DNA of 63,548 bases, filler included, from Octopus bimaculoides (taxonomy: Eukaryota): assembly GCF_001194135.2 (NCBI RefSeq). It is 5 parts of 5 records of this genome, joined end to end, with 100 filler letters (N's around TTAATTAATTAA, not from the genome) between each part and the next. Parts side by side here need not be neighbours in the genome. Positions count along the whole stretch, not along the records: positions 28,104 to 54,920 come from NC_068989.1; 4 more parts are not named here. One strand, 5' to 3'. The translations under genes were made by a program, and so were the position numbers. The notes beneath the pieces were generated by a model, which was not told the origin of the DNA, did not search any database, and worked only from the letters and a program-made list of their open reading frames with translations. Every line of letters starts with the position of its first letter. The first letter of the stretch is position 1. Below, in pieces: positions 41,340-51,038 of this stretch.

Positions 41340-43325
41340 ATGGAAATGTATGTCACAGGCTTTTTAATGTTCATCTTATTGATAAACCACACAGTTCAAA
41401 CATCAACTATAAACAGAACTGAAACCTTCAATTGTCCACCAGTTTTGTGCTCTGAAAGCCCCAGGACAGACCGCTGTTCATGTCAGCAAGACTGCTATTT
41501 ATACGATGAATGTTGTTCCGACTTTCTTAATTACACAAATTCTGACCTCGAGCCTCCATATCCCTCAATGTATTACAGCTGTAACAATATTAATGGTGAA
41601 AATTATTATCAATTCGATCGCTGTCCACCTGACTATGATGTAACGGACCACGTAAACAACTGTGAAAATCCTAACTCAGACGAACAACTACATGATGTAC
41701 CTGCTTTTGGTAAAACAAGTCAAAAACTCTATAGGAACTTATATTGTGCTCTCTGCCACGGAGAAGAATATATTTTGTGGAAGATTTCTTACCAATATTT
41801 CTCTGGGAATGATGATCCCAAAATCACTGGTGCTATGACTTTCACTAACGAAAGTTTTGAGGTTGAAAATCAAGTCCCTTCTCGTGAAATTAACCAATAT
41901 CTATACAAATGCACTCCTTATATTTCAGAGTGTACACTGCATAATCCCAATAGCACATTAGAGAATCTATGCAAGAACAAGCCTATGAGACTTGTTGACG
42001 CGAATAATACGGCCTTTAGAAATGTTTACTGTGCACTTTGCAATGGTTTTGAAATTGACGATATCAAGTGTTACATAAGTATACCAATATATTCTTTTCC
42101 ATTTTACGAAGTACATTATTCTCTAATAACACTTTTTGATGTCTCTAACAAACCCCAAAAAATGCAAAATGAAATGTTACTCAGGGACTCTTGTGTGAAA
42201 AATACTCTCTACGATAAGAATACTCAGGAATGCCGACAAATCTCCGCTAATTCTACTCTAAATTGTACTACAACAAGATTAAATGAATCTGAGTATTACA
42301 TCACTAATGATGGTCTTCTCTACTTGAATAATACCCATCTTTTGCTGAATCAATCAGATTTCGGTTTCGATGAAGATGGTACAATTATCATCTGCGTAAA
42401 AGATATTATCAATGTATTACGAAAGTATTCCGATGTTGAAGCTTATATCACGTTAGTGGGGCTTATATTTTCTATCCCTGCTCTAGCAATCACTATTATA
42501 ATCTATCTCTGCATACCTGATCTCCATACCTTACCAGGTAAATTACTCATTAGTCTTTTATCAGCATTGTTTGTAGCTGAGCTTCTCTTTCTTATCTCAT
42601 CACAAGTCACTACATCTACAATTCTGTGTACATCTTTGGCTATTGTGATACATTATTCTTTTCTAGCGAGTTTCTTCTGGATGAATGTTTTATCATTCGA
42701 TGCCTGGTACACTTTCTCAGGACTTACACAACTTCGAAGTAAAGGAAAAGGTACCAAGAGATTTGTATTGTATTCTTTGTATGCTTGGATCTGTCCACTT
42801 GTCATAGTAACAATATCACTGATATTTGAGTACACACCTGGAAATCATGGACTTTCTCCAGAATATGGAAATGGCATTTGCTGGATTACAAACGGAAAAA
42901 GTCTGCTATGGTTATTTGCATTCCCTGTTATGCTCATTTTATGTCTTAACACAACAGCATTTATCCTCACTACCAGAGGGCTATATATGTCTCGCAAACT
43001 TTCTGCGAAATATTTATCAAAACATAATAAATTGGAGTTCATTGTTTGCATAAAACTGTTTTTTATTATGGGACTTACGTGGACATTTGCATTCCTGTAT
43101 ACCTTTACACAAATTGAAGAATTTTCTCTAATATTTTGTATTTTAAATTCTTTTATTGGATTATTTATTTGTCTATCATTTCTCTTCACAAAGATCGTCT
43201 GCCGCAATATACTTAAAACATTTCGTCATATTTCAAAATGGCTTCCCACAGAATCGAGTGAGATGTCTTCAACTTCTGAGAGAACTTTATCTACACAAAT
43301 ACCAACAAAAGTTACGTTTGAATAG
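41340..43325 (+). CDS. Class B / Methuselah-like 7TM GPCR, copy 2 (661 aa, intronless CDS)
   Basis: Uninterrupted ORF, same domain order and conserved cysteines as copy 1; 7TM region nearly identical to copy 3. Confidence 0.93.
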   Translation: MEMYVTGFLMFILLINHTVQTSTINRTETFNCPPVLCSESPRTDRCSCQQDCYLYDECCSDFLNYTNSDLEPPYPSMYYSCNNINGENYYQFDRCPPDYDVTDHVNNCENPNSDEQLHDVPAFGKTSQKLYRNLYCALCHGEEYILWKISYQYFSGNDDPKITGAMTFTNESFEVENQVPSREINQYLYKCTPYISECTLHNPNSTLENLCKNKPMRLVDANNTAFRNVYCALCNGFEIDDIKCYISIPIYSFPFYEVHYSLITLFDVSNKPQKMQNEMLLRDSCVKNTLYDKNTQECRQISANSTLNCTTTRLNESEYYITNDGLLYLNNTHLLLNQSDFGFDEDGTIIICVKDIINVLRKYSDVEAYITLVGLIFSIPALAITIIIYLCIPDLHTLPGKLLISLLSALFVAELLFLISSQVTTSTILCTSLAIVIHYSFLASFFWMNVLSFDAWYTFSGLTQLRSKGKGTKRFVLYSLYAWICPLVIVTISLIFEYTPGNHGLSPEYGNGICWITNGKSLLWLFAFPVMLILCLNTTAFILTTRGLYMSRKLSAKYLSKHNKLEFIVCIKLFFIMGLTWTFAFLYTFTQIEEFSLIFCILNSFIGLFICLSFLFTKIVCRNILKTFRHISKWLPTESSEMSSTSERTLSTQIPTKVTFE

Positions 43326-43467
43326 TACAACTTGTTTGGTGAATGAAAGGAATTTTATAGTTCTTCAAAGAATCCAAAGGCAGCATTTACAGCTTTCATA
43401 ATGGGACAATATTCTGACTAAATGTTCATTAATAACAATATTTCATGATATAAACGTATTGTGTGTA

Positions 43468-43864
43468 TTATGTTGGCAACTAAGTTCCCGCCGTTTTTCT
43501 TTTTTTATTAAAAATTTTTTAAAGGTTTAATAAGAAATAACAACTTATTAATCTATAATGTATTCACTCTTGTTGTTTACAACTTCTTCCCAACGTTCAA
43601 CAAGATTTTCAATACCTCGTTGGTAGAAATCACCCGATTTCGATTCGAAAAATTGATCCAACGAAGCTCTCAATTCTGCATCATTACTGAACGAAACTTT
43701 GCGCATAGCATTTGAAAGAGATCGAAAGAGGTGGAAATCCGTTGGTGCCAAATCAGGAGAGTAATGCGGCTATGGAAGTACTTCCCAGCCATGCGTTTGA
43801 ATGGCTTCCTTGATCATATTGGCGATATGAGGGCGGCGTTGTCGTGCAGAAGAAGAACTCCATG
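43468..43864 (-). mobile_element. Truncated copy of the same mariner (one TIR plus transposase C-terminus)
   Basis: TA at 43466-67 then TTATGTTGGCAACTAAG at the same 3'-flank position as in copy 3; YSPDLAPTDFHLFRSL...YIID*; ends abruptly at 43864. Confidence 0.92.
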
Positions 43865-44116
43865 TTTACATGGACATTTGCATTCCTGTACACCTTTGAA
43901 CAAATTGAAGAATTCTCTCTAATATTTTATGTTTTCAATTCTTTTATTGGATTATTTATTTGTCTATCATTTTTGTTCACAAAGATCGTCTGCCGCAATA
44001 TACTTAAAAGATTTCGTCATGTTTCAAAATGGCCTTCCACCAAACTGAGTGATATATCTTCAACTTCTCAGAAAACTTTATCGACACAAATACCAACGAA
44101 AGTTACGTTTCGGTAG
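43865..44116 (+). pseudogene. C-terminal relic (end of TM6, TM7, tail) of a fourth GPCR copy
   Basis: FTWTFAFLYTFEQIEEFSLIF...IPTKVTFR* aligns with the GPCR C-termini and is followed by homologous 3' UTR to about 44260. The 5' side joins directly to mariner sequence at 43864. Confidence 0.9.
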
Positions 44117-44294
44117 TACAAGAAATGTTGTTCGGTGAACGAAACGAATTTTATTGTTCTTGAAGCAAACAAAGACAAACAATATTTTTGGCCACCATGA
44201 TGAGGTATGTTTATTAATAATATTTCATGTTTTAAATGTATTGTCTGTACAAACTGAGGTGTCTAGGATTATACGTAAGAATTGATACATATAT

Positions 44295-44361
<67 letters not shown>

Positions 44362-44375
44362 GCTTGTGTATGTGA

Positions 44376-44410
<35 letters not shown>

Positions 44411-45639
44411 TAATTTAGAGAAGAACCACCACTGTGCAACTCAAACGATGAAGGAGATCAGACACCATCAAGAAAAGCATACTATACAAAATACTAATTT
44501 AAAAATCTAAAAATTCCAAGAGAAAATTTGTAATCCATAAAATCTATAAAATATTAGACTAAAACTTTTAATCAGTTTAGTAAATTTATAGAAACGAAAG
44601 TGAAAAAAAGACTACGTGCGTTTCATGGCCACATAAAAGTGGGAAAGATCTGATCAATCTAGAATGAATCGATCAAGATAAATACCACTCATAATGAGGA
44701 CACTCTTCAAGTCTCGTAACTTCAAAAACGTATCCTAATATTTAAAAAATGCGATAAAATAAGAAAAGTAGAAAAATCTGTACGTTTAAGCAATATTTAG
44801 TACAATAAGTAAAGTGTCAAGGTTTTATAATAATAATCATAATAATAATAAACATCTGTCAAGTTAAGGGCATAAAACGTCTATTGAAGAGGTACTTTCT
44901 GTAGATTAAGAAAAAGAAAACATATATAAAGATAGTGTAATTAACTATTAAATGAAATACGGACGTTCAATAGTATTAGGAAAAAGAACAACATCACTTA
45001 TCTTGACGAAGATTCTTTGTTGACTGTAGTATTACCCATGAGGCATAGAAATTATACGATGTGTATCACGTGACGAAATGGCCACAAATTATTCATGACC
45101 ACAAATATTAAAATTACCATGTAGAATTAAAATATGAGACACGTGACAATATGGCGTTGAAGGAGAAGAGGGAAGGAAAACTTATAAATGAAGGAATGAC
45201 GAAGTATGTATGTAGACAGGGAACCAGACAATATTATGCTGTTATGTTGTTATGTAGAAGATAAATTAATAGATTTAAGTGATAGGAGCTAATAATGTAA
45301 ATGTAATTAAGGTACGTAAGATATACGATATACAAATATGAGGAAAGGTGGTATTACAGTGAACTTATTATACGTCTCTAAGTAGATTGTTTCTTTTTAT
45401 TCGAACTATGTATTAATCAAAAAACCTACACACTAACAAGACCATATTCACTGCTAAGAAGCCATTCACTACTAAGAAGTCAGATATATATATATATATA
45501 TATATATTACTCTTTTACACTTTTACTTGTTTCAGTCATTTGACTGCGCCCATGCTGGAGCACCACTTTAGTCGAGCAAATCGACCCCAGGACTTATTCT
45601 ATGGGGAGTTTTGACGAGTTTTAAATCGTCAAAACACTT

Positions 45640-46150
45640 AAGTGATGTACCCATTCACATAGGTCGGCCCTTTATAGGGATGACAGCTTGGCTATCTCAA
45701 GCCATATGAATAGCCACGCGATGGACAGGTTCAGGAAAGACTTGATAAAAATTTTCAAAGAGTTGGGCCTGCCCCTACCGGTTACCACCAACCTGACTAC
45801 AGTCGATTTGTTGGACGTAACGTTAGACCTAAACACGGGAAAGTACTACCCCTACAGGAAGCCTACTGTATCCATCTACAAAACCTCAAACCCCTACCCC
45901 GCTGTAATTAGAAACCTTATTTCAGGTATTAGCAAATGGGTACCTAAACTCTCGTCCAACAGGGAAATCTCTAATAGGACCTCTCCGCACTACAATGATG
46001 CTTTCGCTAGAACCTGATATTCTGAGAAGGTCACGTGTGTGAACGATCCCCAAACCCAGTCTCCTCACTCCAAGAAAATTCCTGTATACCATGAGTTTTT
46101 TTTTCCAAATAATTGTTGTCGCTGGAATACCAACATCAAGATATGACACC
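45640..46150 (+). mobile_element. Penelope-like element, RT C-terminal fragment
   Basis: YRDDSLAIS...FRKDLIKIFKELGL...VDLLDVTLDLNTGKYYPYRKP...SISS N-type motifs (LSSNREI) typical of PLE RT/thumb. Confidence 0.8.
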
Positions 46151-46365
46151 GCGTAACCTTTCTCAACCAATCGCAGGCCATTGTCTAGTAAGAAACATTG
46201 ATTTTTTCATACTAACTTATGATTCAAACTCCAATTGCTAAAGATTAGCATCGAACTTGAAACTCAGAGTACCAAGGATTTTGAATCAAGCTGTTTTGAT
46301 CCATACATGTAACTCCCAATAAATGTATTGAGTACCCTTCTTTCGTTTGTCTGCTCATATATATG

Positions 46366-46440
<75 letters not shown>

Positions 46441-46443
46441 ATG

Positions 46444-46737
46444 ACAGTATTAATGAAATAGGAGATGGAATGTGTAATAGACTTTATTGGATACAACACA
46501 TGCTTCAACCCGTTCTGGGTCTCTTCAGGTGCATCAATAAAATATAAAATGTCTCCCTAAAGATTTCTTTAGTCGGCTTACGAATTTAATAGACACATAG
46601 CAGTACGTAAATCAACTCAAGAAATCTCTAGTGAGACTTTCTATTAATGTACCTGAAGAGACGCAGAAAGGGTAGAAACATGTGCTGTACCCAATAAAGT
46701 CTATTACACATTGCATCGCCTATTTTATTAATACTGT
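46444..46737. repeat. Imperfect inverted repeat (arms 46444-46570 and 46619-46737), each arm carrying a hammerhead-like motif; probable Penelope pLTR inversion
   Basis: Arms align as reverse complements. Plus arm GTAC-CTGAAGA-GACGCagaaaGGGTA-GAAACATGTGCT-GTAC; minus arm CTGAAGA-GACCCagaacGGGTT-GAAGCATGTGTT-GTAT. Confidence 0.75.
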
Positions 46738-47138
46738 TACGCCAACTGCCACTTCTCAGTTCCTGCAATAAATCTACGGATAACAGCAGGTAATCGAACT
46801 GTGCCGGTGCTTTACTCATCATCTATTTATACATTTCGTACAATTTGTCCATCATATATATGTATATATAAATATATATATATATATATANNNNNNNNNN
46901 NNNNNNNNNNNNNNNNNNNNNNNNNNNNNNNNNNNNNNNNNNNNNNNNNNNNNNNNNNNNNNNNNNNNNNNNNNNNNNNNNNNNNNNNNNNNNNNNNNNN
47001 NNNNNNNNNNNNNNNNNNNNNNNNNNNNNNNNNNNNNNNNNNNNNNNNNNNNNNNNNNNNNNNNNNNNNNNNNNNNNNNNNNNNNNNNNNNNNNNNNNNN
47101 NTATATATACATATATATATATACATATACATACACAC

Positions 47139-47188
<50 letters not shown>

Positions 47189-47463
47189 CCATAGATATAT
47201 ACATTTAAGCGCATTCATATCTTCCTCAGCCACTACCACCGCCCTCATTTTTCAAAGTCTCTTCTTACCTCTTCCTCATTTCATCTACGACAAACTCTTA
47301 TCAGTTTTATATTTCGGTATCTATATCTATGCGTGCACATATGTGCCTGTGACTAGATGCTTCTGCGGATGTGTGGGTGCACCTTTGCACTCATTTCTTT
47401 TGACTCAGCGCATATATGTGTATACTATAAAGAAGAGTGAAAGTGTATGAGTGTGTATGTGCA

Positions 47464-47496
<33 letters not shown>

Positions 47497-48320
47497 GTTT
47501 GTACACCTGCACGCCTCCTCGCACCTGTCTTTCTGAATGTAGTTGTATGCCCTTTGTATCAGACATATATTTACATATTTCTGCTTGTATCGGACATATA
47601 TTTACATATTTCTGATTAATGGCCGAGTGACATCTCGCTACCCGTCGCTTACCTTCCGAAATGATTTTACTAGGTCTTGTTTCTTTTAATTTTTTTTTTT
47701 TTTAAACTTTTTTCCACTTTTCTCGTCTCTCTTTCTCACTTTATGTCTGTCTCTCACTTTCTGATTTTGATGGAGGCGTGGCGTACATATACATATGTAT
47801 ATATATATGTATATATTTATATATNNNNNNNNNNNNNNNNNNNNNNNNNNNNNNNNNNNNNNNNNATAAAGGGGGTTGTATGATAGTGTATAGAGGAATA
47901 TATTATTTAAAAGAGTTCAAACTCTGTCTGTTTTTTATGTTTTATTTATATTCTTATAAAATTAATGTGTGATATAGAATATGGAATATATACTATAAAT
48001 AGTAAAATGAAATGAAGTATTGAATGTCTTATTGAATATATGAAATATTGAGTATTAAATATATATAGGGGCTAGTATTTTTCCTGCTTCATAGCATTCA
48101 TCAAGGTCCCGTCTGACAGATGTACTGTAGTTGACTGGCTGTCCTATTGCCTTTTATACACATTCCTTTGGACAGTAGCAGTATGTGTTTGGCTATTTTT
48201 AGAGATGATGCCAAACCATTTTTCAATGTTTATTTTTAGAAATGATGACATTTGAGAGATTTTTTTGTGTTTTAGTTATAGGGATAAGATTTTTAAACCC
48301 TAAGTAAGATAAATTTAATC

Positions 48321-48864
48321 ATTGTTTGTCAAGAGTGGGTTTGAATTTCTTAATAAAGTCCTTTTCTTTGCGTTTTCTCTCAATTTTATTCAGGTTGTAA
48401 AGCTTATGGAATGGAAATATCATAAAAGTTTTCGACCACATGTTGCCAGATGGTTACTCAGTGGTATTTGGCGGACCTCTGGTTTTTTTTATCTGTTGTC
48501 GATGCACACGTGAGCGTTCCGATAGCGCATTACCTGTCTGACCAACGTACAGTTCTTCACAATTTGGGCATTTGATGCAGTAGCTTAGATTTCTACTTTT
48601 GCAGTTCATGTTCGCATTGGTGAATATTTTCCCTGTTTTTGTGTTCATATATGGGCCGGTATGAATTGATTGGTATGTACCGCATCGGCTATCATTGCAT
48701 TTGGACACAGTGAATGTTTGATTTTTGTTGCTGAGGTCAAACCTTGCCTTTGTTGATAGCTTTTTCAAGTTTTTAGGTTGTCTCTTACTGAGACGTTTCA
48801 TGCCACAGAAAATATTCAAATATAAATTAGAAGCAGCTCGAGATATATAAACAAACTCGAACAC
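48321..48864 (-). mobile_element. Penelope-like element, GIY-YIG endonuclease fragment (frameshifted)
   Basis: NCKSRNLSYCIKCPNCEELYVGQTGNALSERSRVHRQQI, then in another frame IFPFHKL...KEKDFIKKFKPTL*. Confidence 0.85.
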
Positions 48865-49011
48865 ACATACAGAAGACGTGTGTATTGTTAGTTCGTGGGC
48901 CGGTGCGTTTTAGGCGTAAGAGGATATATTTTCAATGCGCCTGGTATTAAAAATACCTGGAAGTAAATCATAAGCAAGGAAGACAACTCACATCAGGTCC
49001 CTTTTCGGAAC

Positions 49012-49054
49012 GACAGACATCGATGTTTCGTCATTATTGTGACTTTTCAGTGCC
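49012..49054 (-). ncRNA. Minimal type-I hammerhead ribozyme motif (G8A variant)
   Basis: Minus strand GGCA-CTGAAAA-GTCA caataa TGAC-GAAA-CATCGATG-TC-TGTC: stem I, core, perfect 4-bp stem II, palindromic helix III, GUC site. Confidence 0.65.
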
Positions 49055-49709
49055 TCGTACCGAACAAGGCCTGTATAGATAGCTGTTGGGTGAGCAATAC
49101 ACTTCCCAACTACATGGTTACAGGTTAATCCCATTGTGTGGTCCCTTGGATAAGTGGATAAGTGTTCGCTACTGTATCCCCAGTGTGACCAAAGCCTTTT
49201 GAATGGATTTGATACGAAGAAACTGAAAGAAATTTGTAAAGTATTTATATACATAAGTGTGTGTGTGTGTGTGTGTGTGAAAGTTATGTCTATGTGTGAG
49301 TGCATGCGCGTGACTGTGTCTGTGTGAGTGTGTGCGTGTGCGCGTGTGTGCGTGTGCGCGTGTGTGCGTGCGCGCGTGTGCGCGTGCGTGCGCCTGCATG
49401 CTTGCTTGAGCTTGTCACCCTCACTGCCTAGCAGCCATTATTAATTTGTTTACATCACCGTAACCAAGCCGTTGGTCAACACAAACCGGTAAAATAAGTG
49501 CCAGTCTTTAAAAACATAACTGCATCATACTGCATCATCTTAGAAGCAAGATCTCAATGAATGGCAATCAATTGAATATCTGCTCCATTCAGAGACACTT
49601 TGATTTCGGAGTCATAATATTTCCCATGTTTGTCAGGTGAAATAATCGTCAGAGATGTTTTGTTCAGCACAGAAACTGCAGGAGTATCAGAAGAAGTCGT
49701 AAGCTCTTC

Positions 49710-50270
49710 CGATAACGATGACTAAAGTTGTTGCAATGATGCTGGCCCTTCTCTATCTTCAGCAAGTGTCTCCGCGTTAGCCTTTCAGCCTATACTTTGC
49801 CTATACTTTGCCTGAGCGGCATAAGGGTAACATCTGAAGTCTCTAGACAACCACAACCATCTTAAATTAATTTAAGATTCTAAGGCTAGTCATTGGCGTC
49901 TTTCTTCAGATCTTTATGTTTCAAACCAATCTCCGTTTAGGAGCCAAGATCTTACTCACAAAACTGACTGCCAATTTCAAAAGGCAATGCGGCCTCTTAC
50001 CATCTTTGACAAGATCCTCGTCAACTAAGACCTGATATTTAGTGTTATTCAGTTCATTAGAATTATCAAATCTGTCAGGTTAGCACGATTATCTGTTGAG
50101 CACTCTTGAACAGTAAAATGTCTGGTCGGAGAAATGCACTCGTGAACTGCAAGATGTCTGATCGGAGCCATTTTACTGCGCCATCTTCGAAAAAGACACA
50201 TCTACGCATCAAATTCACTTGCATCTCCAGTCAAGAGCTTCTTGTAAGATAGGAATCAAGTCTCCCACAT
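49710..50270 (-). mobile_element. Decayed RLE-clade (HERO-like) fragment, upstream of GPCR copy 3
   Basis: Minus strand keeps LRPDILLF (LRPD at 50131-50120) and ...TKYQVLVDED...PFEIGS, with frameshifts; homologous to the blocks before copies 1 and 2. Confidence 0.7.
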
Positions 50271-50827
50271 TGGATAATGTTGTCTTATAATCATTATACA
50301 TGAGTAACACACGCAATGCTATTTTACTAGTATTTTCAGTCATTTTTGAGAATCTTGTTTTAGAAATAATACATTAGAATACTCCACAGTAAATGGTTTG
50401 CTTCATTATTATGGTGAGTTAAACCTCCTTGTGATAAAGAACATAATGTTCTTTTATCAAAGAAAATCCATACTGGTAGTGGAAAGGAATTCGTTAAATT
50501 TTTCAGGTTGTTGTGCTAATAATTCTACTGTTTTGTATCCCAACGTTATACATTAAGAAATATAATGCTTAGTCTTCACGATTTCATTTTCGGTTTATAT
50601 ATATATATCTATGAGAATGAATTATAAATAAGTAATGATTCAGAGTAAATAACCTTGTAGAAATATAGTTAAGATGGTATTTGTCATACGAAGATCAATA
50701 TATATCAAAGTCTGCTTTATACACACACCTGATGTGAAGGCTATTCGCATAGAACATTTGATTAGTCTATTCACATGAATACTTAAAACATAACCTTGTG
50801 TAATTTCATACTCTAGCAGAGTACATA

Positions 50828-50847
50828 CTTTTTTCCTTTATCTGCAG
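50828..50847 (+). promoter_or_regulatory. 3' splice acceptor of a 5'-UTR intron, GPCR copy 3
   Basis: ttttttcctttatctgcAG|GTATAC, 191 nt upstream of ATG 51039. Confidence 0.7.
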
Positions 50848-51038
50848 GTATACACTTTGTCCTCCAATTCTTCAAGATTTCAATAAATTCTGCATTGTTT
50901 TCTACAGAGTTTCGAAGCGTAATATTTAACCTTAATTTACTTAATCATGAACTTCAGTATTTCCTACGGAACAATCTATCAAAGAGAAGTTAGAATATGA
51001 TTACTTCAAAACATAGTCTTGTATTTCATCAAGACATA

